The notes under the pieces were generated by a model that was given only the letters and a program-made list of their open reading frames with translations, was not told the origin of the DNA and ran no database searches. Made by a program: the position numbers and the translations under genes. Below are positions 29,164 to 38,944 of a stretch of 64,000 bases of DNA, one piece after another (the stretch's first letter is position 1; the number at the start of each line of letters is the position of its first letter). This DNA comes from Armatimonadota bacterium (GTDB lineage: Bacteria > Armatimonadota > UBA5829 > JAUSEB01): positions 3-64,002 of the forward strand of contig JAUSGG010000162.1 in NCBI GenBank assembly GCA_030649165.1. Direction: 5' to 3'.

Positions 29164-29378
29164 GTTGTTGGTTTCGTGTGAGGAGGCTGTTATGAGAACG
29201 TTGTTGCGCTGCGGGTTGATGGGTTTGGCTTTGACGGCGATGCTGCTGCCCGCCGGCTGCGGCAAACCTTGAGGAGTGTCGATCTCGTCGGGTCCGACGA
29301 GAACAATGAGCAGGCAAATGGCACAGACACAGAACCTGCTTCCTGTCGTGTTTGCGCGTTGAGCGATATGGAGCATAG

Positions 29379-30269
29379 ATGAACGACGGTCCACGTTGGC
29401 CATCAAGGCGTTTTGTGATCGCTGCCGTTGTTGCAACAGTCATTACAACTGCGGCGATCGTGCTGCCGGATATAACGCTGCCTTTTCGGGATCCGGCGGA
29501 GGCGGCGTATGTGAGGGGCTGGATTCCCCGGCAGGAGGGAAAAAACTTCCTCTTGGCATTGACCGAGTACGATGAGAAGGCGTCCGCCCATCATTTCCGC
29601 ACGGCATTTCGGCTGAACCCGCATGTGCTGCGATACCAACTGTCGCTGGCGCAGTCGCTCCATTACGATCAGGCGGCGTTGGAGGAGCTTCTCAAAGACG
29701 GTCATCTGCTGTCTGAAGCGCGGGCGTCAGCGGAGTATTATCTCGCGCTCTGTTGGGTCCGCAAGGGGCTATGGCGCGACTGGAGTCTCGCGACGAACGG
29801 AGCCCCGAAGCTGGCGATTGCTCTTGACCACCTCGATATCGCAATTGGACTCGATCCGACAAACGCCGCACCCTTGTACGCGAGAGCTCGCGTTCTGTAC
29901 GTCCTCGGTCGTGACGAAGAAGCGGCTCGATCCGTTGCAGAGGGAAACACGAAGTCATCGTTCCAGAAGATCATCCTGCACCCTGTGTTCGGACGAAGTC
30001 TGGCTTGCTCTTTCTATATCGACGACCTGAGCAAGTTCGCGGGGCACAGGCAGCTTGCGCGCGAACAGGTGGATTATGCGAAAGGGCTGCTGCGGCAAAA
30101 GCAGACAGTCAGAGGCAGGCGGGCGCTGGAAGACGTTGTTGTTTTTGGGAAACGCCAGGCCGCCGCCAGCCCCAAGGGGATCCTCAGCTATCTCGTGGGC
30201 AGGTCGGCGTTTCGTCTTGCTCATCCGGAGCTGGTCCGCCTATACGACAAAGCATCCCCCGAACGATAG
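29379..30269 (+). CDS. Hypothetical membrane-anchored TPR-like repeat protein
   Basis: N-terminal TM helix; helical repeat segments; slightly lower GC than flanks. Confidence 0.55.
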   Translation: MNDGPRWPSRRFVIAAVVATVITTAAIVLPDITLPFRDPAEAAYVRGWIPRQEGKNFLLALTEYDEKASAHHFRTAFRLNPHVLRYQLSLAQSLHYDQAALEELLKDGHLLSEARASAEYYLALCWVRKGLWRDWSLATNGAPKLAIALDHLDIAIGLDPTNAAPLYARARVLYVLGRDEEAARSVAEGNTKSSFQKIILHPVFGRSLACSFYIDDLSKFAGHRQLAREQVDYAKGLLRQKQTVRGRRALEDVVVFGKRQAAASPKGILSYLVGRSAFRLAHPELVRLYDKASPER

Positions 30270-30350
30270 CGGCTGGTCCGAGCATCTCAAGCCTTCGCAG
30301 AGGGCCCACGGCTGATTAAGGCGTTCATCAGACGCGACAAATATGACCTG

Positions 30351-30974
30351 ATGCCCGGATCGAGCAACGTAGTGGTGGCGCTGACGGCGCTCTGGCTTTT
30401 CGTCGGGTATAGTTGCCCTATCGCTTTGATGGCCACAATCTCCGCCATAGTGTACGTGGCAAGGCTCAGACGCGCCCGCCGGCAAGGTGAGCCGCAATTC
30501 GAGCTCCAAGTCTGGCAGCCGGGCGAGTTGGCGCGGTCGACGATCACGCGAGTTGCTTTTATACTTCTGCTGTTGGTAGGGGTGGCGCTGCTCTCCCGCG
30601 GCTTGTTCGGGTGGTTCGGCGCCTCCATCGTCCTGGGGACGCTCAGCGCGCACCTGGCGGCGTTCTATTCTGATAAGGCCGCCCGCCGAGCTTACATCGC
30701 GCAATGGGGGGCGGACAGCTGGCCGCCGATCAGTCTGCGCCGCGGTCGGAAACGATGGAAGCTCCCGCCGGCGCACGAGTTGTGGCGAGAAAGGCAGTCG
30801 GTTATTGCCGAGGCGGCCAATCTGTTGATGTTCGTATGGGTCGCCCTGGCGTTGCTTTCCATCTATCGCGTTTCGATGGGAGCCTATCCCTGGCAACTGG
30901 GCATAATGGGCATCGACACGTTTGAGCATGAGGGCCGGATCGTGACAGAGGCACTGAGGCATATGCCGAAGTGA
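30351..30974 (+). CDS. Hypothetical polytopic membrane protein
   Basis: 207 aa, 4-5 TM; follows TPR-like gene on same strand. Confidence 0.55.
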   Translation: MPGSSNVVVALTALWLFVGYSCPIALMATISAIVYVARLRRARRQGEPQFELQVWQPGELARSTITRVAFILLLLVGVALLSRGLFGWFGASIVLGTLSAHLAAFYSDKAARRAYIAQWGADSWPPISLRRGRKRWKLPPAHELWRERQSVIAEAANLLMFVWVALALLSIYRVSMGAYPWQLGIMGIDTFEHEGRIVTEALRHMPK

Positions 30975-31080
30975 CGTGACGTCAAAGCGTCACGCTGCCA
31001 CTGGAAAGCAAGCTGAAGCAAGCTGCCGAGCTAGAGTGAAGGGTATCGAAACTAGCCCGGAGATCGTCATTCTGAGCAAC

Positions 31081-31110
31081 CGACCCCGCAAGCGGGGTTA
31101 TTTCGGGGAG
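31081..31110 (+). terminator. Possible intrinsic terminator downstream of 30351..30974
   Basis: cgaccccgcaagcggggttatttcgggg : GC stem CCCCGC/GCGGGG followed by T-rich run. Confidence 0.3.
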
Positions 31111-31124
31111 AAAACCAGCCCCCT

Positions 31125-31204
31125 GTGTTTCGGGATTTGAGGAGCGCTCCAACAGCGTATCGCCAGCGTGCGAAGTGAACTGCGCTCCGGAAATCCCGAA
31201 ACAG
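31125..31204. repeat. R3 hairpin element: 22-bp terminal inverted repeats TGTTTCGGGATTTGAGG... around a 40-bp core
   Basis: ctgtgtttcgggatttgaggagcgc ... gcgctccggaaatcccgaaacagg; second copy 51069-51152; related perfect palindrome 61880-61911. Confidence 0.8.
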
Positions 31205-31412
31205 GCGTTTTCTTAGGAATCATGCATGTCCCTTCGGGACATCACTATAGAGGAAAACAGCCGTAGCCGGCTATTTTCGAAGGAGCGCAGCGAAGAATCT
31301 TCTATCGCATAAGCGCCAGGTTCGGCTTCGCAGCCGGACGTTGTGGCTATCCGAGAGAAGATCCTTCGTTCCTCAGGATGACGGTTCACAGCGTGTCGGC
31401 GAATAATGCAGG

Positions 31413-33416
31413 CTAGATCCCTGCCCTCAGCGCTGTTATCTCCGCCTTTCTGTCCTGTATCGTACGTTTCTTGGCGGCGACGCGGTTCAGGTCCTCCGCC
31501 GATGATCCGAACCGCTTGAGCGCCTCTTTGAACCGCTTCTCGAAGTAGTTCAGGCTCTCATCGATCCGGTCGAGGAGCGCGTCCGCCTGGGCCAGTTTTG
31601 CCTTGGCCGCTTTGGGGTCCGTGGCCGCTTCGCTCCGCGCGGAGTCGATCAGCTCTTTCGCCTGTTTGTAGAACAGTATCTGCCGTACGGCGTGAGTGTG
31701 AGCGCGGGCGGGCATGTCCAGGAAGTCCAAAGCCTGTTTGTTCCGCGTCACGTCGCGCTTGAGCGAGTCGAGCAGTTCCAGCGTCTTCTTCTCGTGCTGC
31801 TCCGTCTTTTCAAGCAGTTCCGCGGTCATCTTCGCGCCGAACTGATTGACCAGGTCGTCCAGCCCGCCGCCGTAAGCTACGTGCTGCCAGTTCCAGTTCC
31901 AGCCGCCAAACGCCTCGTTCTGAATCTCGCCGAAGCCGTCGCTGACCATCCGGTAGTAATCTATGGGCCTCGTGTCGTCCAGGCCGAAGAACGATTTGCA
32001 GAACCGCCGGTTGAAGTCCTCAAGCGTCACGCCGGTGTTCCAGGCCCTGTCCGCGGAGAGGATGATGCCGAAGTAGTCGTTCTCGAACAGGTGGCCGAGA
32101 CGAAGCTCCCACGCGCACGTGCATTCGCCCATCGCGTCCCCTTCTTTGCCCTGTCCGAGGAACGTGTATATGTTGTCGGTGGCGTGAAGGTACGGGGCGG
32201 ATATCCGGCTGAAGCCGCTCATGGCCGGGCATACGAATACCTCAAACCCTTTTCGGCGGAAGAACTCCACCGTAGCTAGCGACGAGTTTTCGTAGTGCCA
32301 GTCGAAGATAATGATGTCCTTGGGCAGCCGGTCCACCAAATCCTTGTGCGCGAGCAGCATATCCCCCCACATCATCATCCTGAGGCCCCGCGACTTGGCC
32401 ATCCTGTGCACGGCCAGAAAATGGTCTATGTACAATCCTCCCTTTCCGACGGCCTTGGCCCGCTCGGCGCACTTCGGGCAGGACCCGGTCTGCGAGGTCT
32501 CGTCGCCCCCAACGTGCAGGAACTTTGTCTTAAACGGAGCAGAGACTTCGGCGATCAGGTCGTTGACGAACCTCTTGCCTTCCTGTGAGGACGCGCACAA
32601 TTCGTACGGCTCGTTTGCGACTTCGGCGAGATGCCGGTATTCCTTGACCGCCAGCGCGTTCTCCATGTGGCCGAGGGTGTTGACTTCCGGCACGATCTCG
32701 ACAAATCGCTCGCGCGCGTACTCGTCCAGCTCGCGCGCCTGTTGGGCCGTCATAACGTCTGGCGGACTGATGAGCGGGTGCTTCTCGAACTTGAACCGGT
32801 TCTCGAAGTACAGCTTGAGCATGTTGATCTTGTAGCGGCTCAGAGTATCGATCAGCTTCTTGAGATAATCCATGTTGGCCGTCTGCTCGCGCGCCAGATC
32901 GTAATGGACCATCCTGTAGCGGTAGTCCGGCCGGTCCTCGATGCGGCAGCAGGGCAGTTCCCGCCCGGCCACTCCCGCGTCCAGCAATTGCACGAATGTT
33001 TGAATGCCGTAGAAGAGCCCGGATGCGCTTCCGCCGGAGATGCGGATGCCGTCCCGCTCGATGCGCAGAGTGTACCTGTCGGCGAGCGCCGCGCGAAGCC
33101 GTCCGACTTCGAGTCGCAGCGCGATCCCTAATGATTTCTCCTGAGGTGTCACAAGCGACGCCTTCAGTCCCCGCTTCGTAAGCTCCTGGACGAACATGCG
33201 CGCCATGCCCGCGGTCGCTTTGGCGGCCCACGGAGAACATGTGATCTCAATATCGCGGTCCAGGGGAAGAGTCTCCTTAAGCCATTTCACCATCCGGGGT
33301 CTTGGCAGGAGTCCGCTCTCCCATTCCGATTCCTCCCGCGTTGCGGTCATCGTCGTCGCGCACGACGCGACGGCGCAAGCAATCAAACATAAGGCAAGTC
33401 CGATAGAGTCGAGCAT
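31413..33416 (-). CDS. Beta-N-acetylhexosaminidase, glycoside hydrolase family 20 (lipoprotein)
   Basis: RIEDRPDYRYRMVHYDLAR, HVGGDE catalytic motif, lipobox LIACAVASC. Confidence 0.9.
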   Translation of the reverse strand: MLDSIGLALCLIACAVASCATTMTATREESEWESGLLPRPRMVKWLKETLPLDRDIEITCSPWAAKATAGMARMFVQELTKRGLKASLVTPQEKSLGIALRLEVGRLRAALADRYTLRIERDGIRISGGSASGLFYGIQTFVQLLDAGVAGRELPCCRIEDRPDYRYRMVHYDLAREQTANMDYLKKLIDTLSRYKINMLKLYFENRFKFEKHPLISPPDVMTAQQARELDEYARERFVEIVPEVNTLGHMENALAVKEYRHLAEVANEPYELCASSQEGKRFVNDLIAEVSAPFKTKFLHVGGDETSQTGSCPKCAERAKAVGKGGLYIDHFLAVHRMAKSRGLRMMMWGDMLLAHKDLVDRLPKDIIIFDWHYENSSLATVEFFRRKGFEVFVCPAMSGFSRISAPYLHATDNIYTFLGQGKEGDAMGECTCAWELRLGHLFENDYFGIILSADRAWNTGVTLEDFNRRFCKSFFGLDDTRPIDYYRMVSDGFGEIQNEAFGGWNWNWQHVAYGGGLDDLVNQFGAKMTAELLEKTEQHEKKTLELLDSLKRDVTRNKQALDFLDMPARAHTHAVRQILFYKQAKELIDSARSEAATDPKAAKAKLAQADALLDRIDESLNYFEKRFKEALKRFGSSAEDLNRVAAKKRTIQDRKAEITALRAGI

Positions 33417-33536
33417 TGGGTCGTATTCCGCCTTCCGCAGAATGATAACTACTATGGCAAGTATTCATCGACTTGCGCGCGCATTCCTCTTGGAGGAAGT
33501 TGAGAGTTGAGTGTTGGGGGTTGAGTGTTGAGAGGG

Positions 33537-33600
33537 ACCTCACCCCAGCCCTATCCTGAAAGGAGAGGGAGCCAGTCCCCCCTCCTTTTAGGAGCCGGGA
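33537..33600. repeat. Degenerate double R1 hairpin repeat
   Basis: cctcaccccagccctatcctgaaaggagaggg...cccccctccttttaggagccgggagg. Confidence 0.7.
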
Positions 33601-33736
33601 GGCCCGCAAGCTGATAGCTGATGGCTGACAGCATCTTCCCCTTCTGCGTTTCCCCCGGCAGGAGGATTCCGGCGGGCTTGCGGCGAACCTACTATCTTGT
33701 AGTCGGAGGCAGAGCCTCTGATGGAGGAGGACGAAT

Positions 33737-34429
33737 TTGCGAGCCAGGGTACTGGTCGTTGATGACGATGAGGATATAGTCAAGCTGATAAAGAGTTATC
33801 TTTCGTCACGGGGATATCAGGCGCTGGCCGCCTCGAACGGGGAGGATGGCGTCCGCCTTGCGCACATCGAGAAGCCTGACCTGATCATCCTCGACATTGA
33901 GATGCCCGGCCTCAGCGGCATCGAGGTCTGCCAGGAAATACGGCGAACAATGCTCACGCCGATCATCTTCCTCACGGTCCGCGCCGAGGAGACCGACGTC
34001 GTTCTCGGTCTCGGGGTCGGAGCGGATAACTACATCACCAAGCCGTTCAAACTGTCGGAGCTGACCGCGAAGATCGAAGCCGCTTTGCGCCGCGAGACGA
34101 CTTACGCCGAGCGGAGGAAGCAGCAAGACATTTTCCTGATCGGCGATCTCACCATCGACCTCTCTGCTCACGAAGTCCGCAAGGGCGACAAAACGCTCGA
34201 TCTGACCCCGACCGAGTTCAAGTTGTTACAGGCGCTGGCGACCAACGCGGGCCACGTGTTGAGCCGCGAGCAGCTTCTGGACCACGTGTGGGAATTGCGC
34301 GCCGACGGAGTGTATACACGAACCGTTGACGTTCACGTCGGCAGACTGCGCAAGAAGATCGAAGACGATATGGACAAGCCCAGGCATATCATCACAATAG
34401 CCGGCCTGGGCTATAAGATGCCGGGTTAG
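33737..34429 (+). CDS. OmpR/PhoB-family two-component response regulator
   Basis: Receiver domain (VLVVDDDEDI, phospho-Asp in LIILDIEMPG) + winged-helix DNA-binding domain (LTPTEFKLL..., RTVDVHV). Confidence 0.9.
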   Translation: MRARVLVVDDDEDIVKLIKSYLSSRGYQALAASNGEDGVRLAHIEKPDLIILDIEMPGLSGIEVCQEIRRTMLTPIIFLTVRAEETDVVLGLGVGADNYITKPFKLSELTAKIEAALRRETTYAERRKQQDIFLIGDLTIDLSAHEVRKGDKTLDLTPTEFKLLQALATNAGHVLSREQLLDHVWELRADGVYTRTVDVHVGRLRKKIEDDMDKPRHIITIAGLGYKMPG

Positions 34430-34440
34430 TACGGGCTTGC

Positions 34441-34478
34441 TCCCTCTCCCTTTGGGGGAGGGTTGGGTTGGGGTTCCG
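34441..34478. repeat. R1 hairpin repeat copy
   Basis: tccctctccctttgggggagggttgggttggggttcc. Confidence 0.85.
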
Positions 34479-34536
34479 TCTGTACCAGACGACCCTGTCT
34501 CTCCCAAAGAACTGGGCCTGGTGACGGTCTTACTTG

Positions 34537-34582
34537 CGCGTCCTTCGGCAGCGTCGCTACCGCTCTGCTACCGAAGGATCGG
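34537..34582. repeat. R2 dispersed repeat copy
   Basis: gcgcgtccttcggcagcgtcgctaccgctctgctaccgaaggatcg. Confidence 0.85.
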
Positions 34583-34611
34583 TCACCCAGTGAGGTGTGT
34601 GAGCGTTCGCT

Positions 34612-35970
34612 CTATTCTCTAGCGGGTTCTTGCTCGGGTGCCTCTATCGTTGATTCGAGAGGAGCGGCGATGCGCGGGGTAGACGCGATGTGGCGGTTTA
34701 TTGCGCAGAGCATCGCCGCGGCGGCGGCGCGGTACGAGTCGCCTCGTCTGACAACCGCGGTGCCGATGCACTGGATGCTGGTCTTGGGGGTTATGAAGAC
34801 GGCCAGGGCGGATATAAGCTGGTAGTCGTCGCCCGCGCCGTAGGTGAGAATCTCGTCCAGGACAATTCCGTATCCCTCCGGCATCGACTTCGACACCGCT
34901 CCGGCGGCGGCTTCCGCCACCAGGCGCAGCGCGCTTCGCCCAACGGAGTAGCCTTTCACCGTGTAACTGTATACGTTCCCGGCGGCGCTCAATCGCACCT
35001 CTACCGTCGCCAGCGCGCCGGTGGATGAGAAGTTTATCGCCTCGATCTTCAGTCTTGGCTCCCTGGGCGCGCGCGCCGCCGCGGGCGCAAGGCCGTCGGT
35101 ACCCGTCTCGGCCGCCTGTCCCGTAGCCGGGACGGCAGCCGGCTCCTCGCGGTGAGGCTTGGCCAGCGTGCAGTTCTTGCTGGCGCGGTTGATCAGGTCG
35201 TCCAGAGTCGCGGCAAAGTGCACGTCCAGGCGCTCTTTGCCCCGCCTGCCTCCCGAAACACCGAAGCAGGAAGTAACTCCCTCCGGCACGTCCTGAAGCT
35301 CGATCTGCCCTATTCGCTCTGTAATCTGCTGTCCGAACTCCCGAGCCTCGTCCATGGGCCTCCGGCTGGCGATGACGAACTCGTCACCGCCGTAACGGCA
35401 CAGGGAGTCCCTGTTCGTGTCTATATTGGACTTGAGGACCTCCGCGACCGTTTTCAGCACCAGATCGCCGGTTATATGCCCGTGGTTCTTGTTGAACGCC
35501 CCAAAACTGTTGAGGTCCAGGAAGATGGCGCTGATCTCCGTTCCGCTCTTCAGCGCTTCGACGCTCCATTCTCTCATGGAGTCCGACCAGGCCAAGCCCG
35601 TCAGCGGGTCGAACGACTTCCCCATCTCCGGCAGAAGATCGCTGTGAGAGACTATCCCAGCCAGGCGTCCGTGCGCCACGACGAGCAGATGGCTGGCGCC
35701 CGTGTCGGCCATGATCTCAGCCGCTTCGTGGACCGGCATCTCCGGGCCGATCGTCGTGAACGATTTCTCCATAACGTCGATAATCGACTTGTCCGGCTCC
35801 TGCCCCAGCAGCGATTGATACGTGACCATTCCCACGACCGCGTCCTCATTATGCACGACAGGCAGCGCGCCGATCTGGTGCCCCTTCATCAGGATCACGG
35901 CCGTCTTCACGACGTTGGAAGGGCTGACCCATATAACGTTGGTTGTCATTACCTGGCCGACGGTTTTCAT
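34612..35970 (-). CDS. Diguanylate cyclase with tandem CBS domains and C-terminal uncharacterised domain
   Basis: Two CBS-like segments, GGDEF (RYGGDEFV) domain; Met at 35970 preferred over ORF start 36027. Confidence 0.85.
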   Translation of the reverse strand: MKTVGQVMTTNVIWVSPSNVVKTAVILMKGHQIGALPVVHNEDAVVGMVTYQSLLGQEPDKSIIDVMEKSFTTIGPEMPVHEAAEIMADTGASHLLVVAHGRLAGIVSHSDLLPEMGKSFDPLTGLAWSDSMREWSVEALKSGTEISAIFLDLNSFGAFNKNHGHITGDLVLKTVAEVLKSNIDTNRDSLCRYGGDEFVIASRRPMDEAREFGQQITERIGQIELQDVPEGVTSCFGVSGGRRGKERLDVHFAATLDDLINRASKNCTLAKPHREEPAAVPATGQAAETGTDGLAPAAARAPREPRLKIEAINFSSTGALATVEVRLSAAGNVYSYTVKGYSVGRSALRLVAEAAAGAVSKSMPEGYGIVLDEILTYGAGDDYQLISALAVFITPKTSIQCIGTAVVRRGDSYRAAAAAMLCAINRHIASTPRIAAPLESTIEAPEQEPARE

Positions 35971-36272
35971 GGCTTGGTCCGATGCGGCGCATCCTGCGCG
36001 GGAACGAAGTGGAGTTGGCTCACACAATGGGACATCTTACCCCACCATGCAAAAGTATAACACGGGGCGCGCGGCATTACCACCGCACAAGTACGGGGAA
36101 TTGGGGGGAAGTTCTGAGCGCTGAGTTTCTGGGTGTTGAGAGTTGAGAGAGACCCCCGATTTAGAGGTTAGAAGTTAGAGGTTGGAAGTTGGAGTAGGGT
36201 TCAACCCTCACCCGGTTTGGAGATTAGCAGTTAGCCTCAACACTGTTCACTTAACGTGGCGCATCCGCCAAG

Positions 36273-36318
36273 TCCCCCTCTCCCCCTGGGCGGGAGAGGG
36301 TTGGGGTGAGGGGGGATC
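36273..36318. repeat. R1 hairpin repeat copy
   Basis: gtccccctctccccctgggcgggagagggttggggtgaggggg. Confidence 0.85.
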
Positions 36319-36673
36319 CGCTTAAGTGAACCGTATTGCAGTTGGCCTGCTTTATTCACGAGTGCGGGGGCAGCAAGCGACACCAAGAGTAACCCCGCAT
36401 CCGATGTGATGTCACCGCCGTCATTTCGACATACTACTTCCCTGCCGCCAACCGCAGGAAAGGCCAGATCAAGAGTCGTATTATTCATCAGGAGCATCCT
36501 CTGTTTCCGTATCGTTTTTGCTAAAGACTACTTCGACAGAGTGTGCTCCTTTTAGTCGTATCGCGAATTATGTCGGTTAGGCGGATATCACACTGCTTTT
36601 CCAGGATAAGGCGGGGAGTGTAGTTTCGCGGCAACCGATTATCGCTTCTGAGCATTGGAGGTAGCCGAGCGGG

Positions 36674-38887
36674 ATGAACCGGCGCGATTTACTGGGTTGG
36701 ATTGGGAAAGGGGCCTGCTACGCGGCGATGGTTGGCATTCGAGGAGGCCGGGGTGGTCGCGCGCCCCAGGTCACAAGGGGAGGTTCCGCTTCCTCCAACC
36801 GCCCCAGCGCCGCCGCCGGGACGCCTGAAAAATGCCCGGTGTCACTTCAATCGCTGATATCTCGCGCTGATGTGCGCAGGGATACTGCGCCGCGGAGCGG
36901 TCTGCCCTGGGTTCCCTTATACCAGGGGAACGGGCGATTTGGCTCTTGTTACGGTCCCTGGGGCCTTCACGTTCCTCCCGGCAAGCCGCGCCCGTATACG
37001 GTCCACGGGAATACTCAGTTTATGCACCTGCGGCGCTACGTCCGGGCGAAGTTCGGCGCGGATTATCTGATACCTCTGGCCAGGATGTTCTGGGAGACGG
37101 AGCCGGCGCGAGTATCGGCGTACGCGCAGCAGCAGTCATTCTACGACGGCACGATTTCGACGAGCTTCGACGCCGGCGAATACGCGGTCAGGATCGTCTC
37201 CTGGTTCGACGCCGTCGGCCGCAATATAGCAGGGTTCGAGTTCGAAGTGACCGGCGGCCCCCCGAGCATCGTCGTTGCCCCGTTCCGCGAAGTCAAAGTC
37301 CACTACGACCAGCGGCTTGCGGTGAACGTTTCCGCGTCGATGGTTGAAGGAGCGTGGCATGCCCGACTCGACTGCCTGAATGCCTCGGCGCGCTTTTCCG
37401 TCCGGACCAACGCCGGAATGACTCCTTTCAGTGACGGAGTAAGGATTCGGCTTCCCAGGGGACGCTCGTGGCTTCTAATAGCGGTGAATGATGAGCCGGA
37501 CGTGACGGCCGAAGAGTCTCTGCGGCGCACCCGGTCGTGGTGGCAGGCGGAATGGGAACGCGGCGCGTGGCTGGATTTGCCCGACGATGAGGCCCAGAAG
37601 ACGTGGGTGCGTTCTATTGCCTATATTCTGAGCTCTTACAACGACGAGAAGCTTGGCATGGCAGGTCCGATGGGCTTCACCGGCAACGGCTGGCCTTTTT
37701 CTTTTCCTCAGGACTTATCGTTCATCCACCCATTGCTGCTCTCCACGGGACGGACGAACATCGCCCGGTCGTGGGTCGAGTATTGGGCCGGACATCTTGA
37801 GGGCATGAAGAAGTACACAAAGAGGCTGATGGGTGTGGGAGGGGTCTTCGTGCCATGGGAGTTCCCGTACGGCTCCCTGGACGGCTATTACGACCCGGAA
37901 CCCCCGAACATGTTCACGTATGAACTCCATAACTCGGCGTACGTCGCCAGGATGGCGCACGAAACCGCCATTGTGCTGGACGACGCGGAGTGGACGCGAG
38001 CTTACGCCGAGCCGCTGGTCCGGGAAACCGCCGAGTTCTACCTCAGCATCCTCAAGAAGGAAAACGACGGCCGCTGGCACATCGACATTACTCCTTCGAT
38101 GGGGCAGGACGAGCTTGGCGGAGAAAACCAAAGGGACTATCTCTGCGCGTTATACAGCGCGCAGTATTGCCTGCGGACGGCAGTCGGGCGAAGGCTGGAC
38201 AAGACCGGCCGTATGCGTTCGATTTTGCGGGACGGACTGGCGTTTCCGTCGCTCCTTTCCCGCTACGGCTTCTATCATACGAACGGCGGCTCGGGCCTTG
38301 CTGATTACGGCAAGCAGAAGCATCCTCCGCAGCTTAACCCGCTGGCGTTTCTGCCCGTGTCAAAGGCGGTTGCAGCCCCTACGAGGCGCGCATACAATAT
38401 GCGATATGAGATCACCGCGGGGGCCAAAGAACCGGGATTCTGCGGGTGGACCCTGGGCGAGTTCCTGTTGGCGAGCGCCCGGATGAGGGACGCCGCGGGA
38501 TGGAAGAGAGACTGGAATAACGCGCTGCCCGCCAATTATGTCGACCCGGAATGGATTCAGTTCTATGAGACCAGCCGCTCGTGGGGGAGTTCGTTCTACG
38601 TAACCACGGCAGGCCTCTTCACCCAGGCAATACTTGATTGCGTCGCGTCCGACTGGTGGGGAGAACTCGAAGTAGGGGCGTGCATCCCGTGGCGAGGCGA
38701 TGTCTCGTTCGGCGACATAGGAACGCTCGCGGGCGTGAAGGTTTCGGGTTTGATAAACGCAAAGGAGATGAAGGTAACGCTTCGCGCCGAGAGAGACGTT
38801 AAGACGACATTCCGCGGCAAGCCACTCGTTATGGCCAAAGGGGAGGAGCGGAGACTGACACTGCCCGGAGGCAAAACCACCGCCTAG
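36674..38887 (+). CDS. Tat-secreted hypothetical protein, possibly (alpha/alpha)6-type glycoside hydrolase
   Basis: RRDLLGWIGKG twin-arginine signal; 737 aa; no confidently recognised catalytic motif. Confidence 0.7.
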   Translation: MNRRDLLGWIGKGACYAAMVGIRGGRGGRAPQVTRGGSASSNRPSAAAGTPEKCPVSLQSLISRADVRRDTAPRSGLPWVPLYQGNGRFGSCYGPWGLHVPPGKPRPYTVHGNTQFMHLRRYVRAKFGADYLIPLARMFWETEPARVSAYAQQQSFYDGTISTSFDAGEYAVRIVSWFDAVGRNIAGFEFEVTGGPPSIVVAPFREVKVHYDQRLAVNVSASMVEGAWHARLDCLNASARFSVRTNAGMTPFSDGVRIRLPRGRSWLLIAVNDEPDVTAEESLRRTRSWWQAEWERGAWLDLPDDEAQKTWVRSIAYILSSYNDEKLGMAGPMGFTGNGWPFSFPQDLSFIHPLLLSTGRTNIARSWVEYWAGHLEGMKKYTKRLMGVGGVFVPWEFPYGSLDGYYDPEPPNMFTYELHNSAYVARMAHETAIVLDDAEWTRAYAEPLVRETAEFYLSILKKENDGRWHIDITPSMGQDELGGENQRDYLCALYSAQYCLRTAVGRRLDKTGRMRSILRDGLAFPSLLSRYGFYHTNGGSGLADYGKQKHPPQLNPLAFLPVSKAVAAPTRRAYNMRYEITAGAKEPGFCGWTLGEFLLASARMRDAAGWKRDWNNALPANYVDPEWIQFYETSRSWGSSFYVTTAGLFTQAILDCVASDWWGELEVGACIPWRGDVSFGDIGTLAGVKVSGLINAKEMKVTLRAERDVKTTFRGKPLVMAKGEERRLTLPGGKTTA

Positions 38888-38944
38888 CCTCGGGCTAACT
38901 TCTAGCTTCTAACTTCCAGCCGTCTCTGCTATAATCGAGCCATC

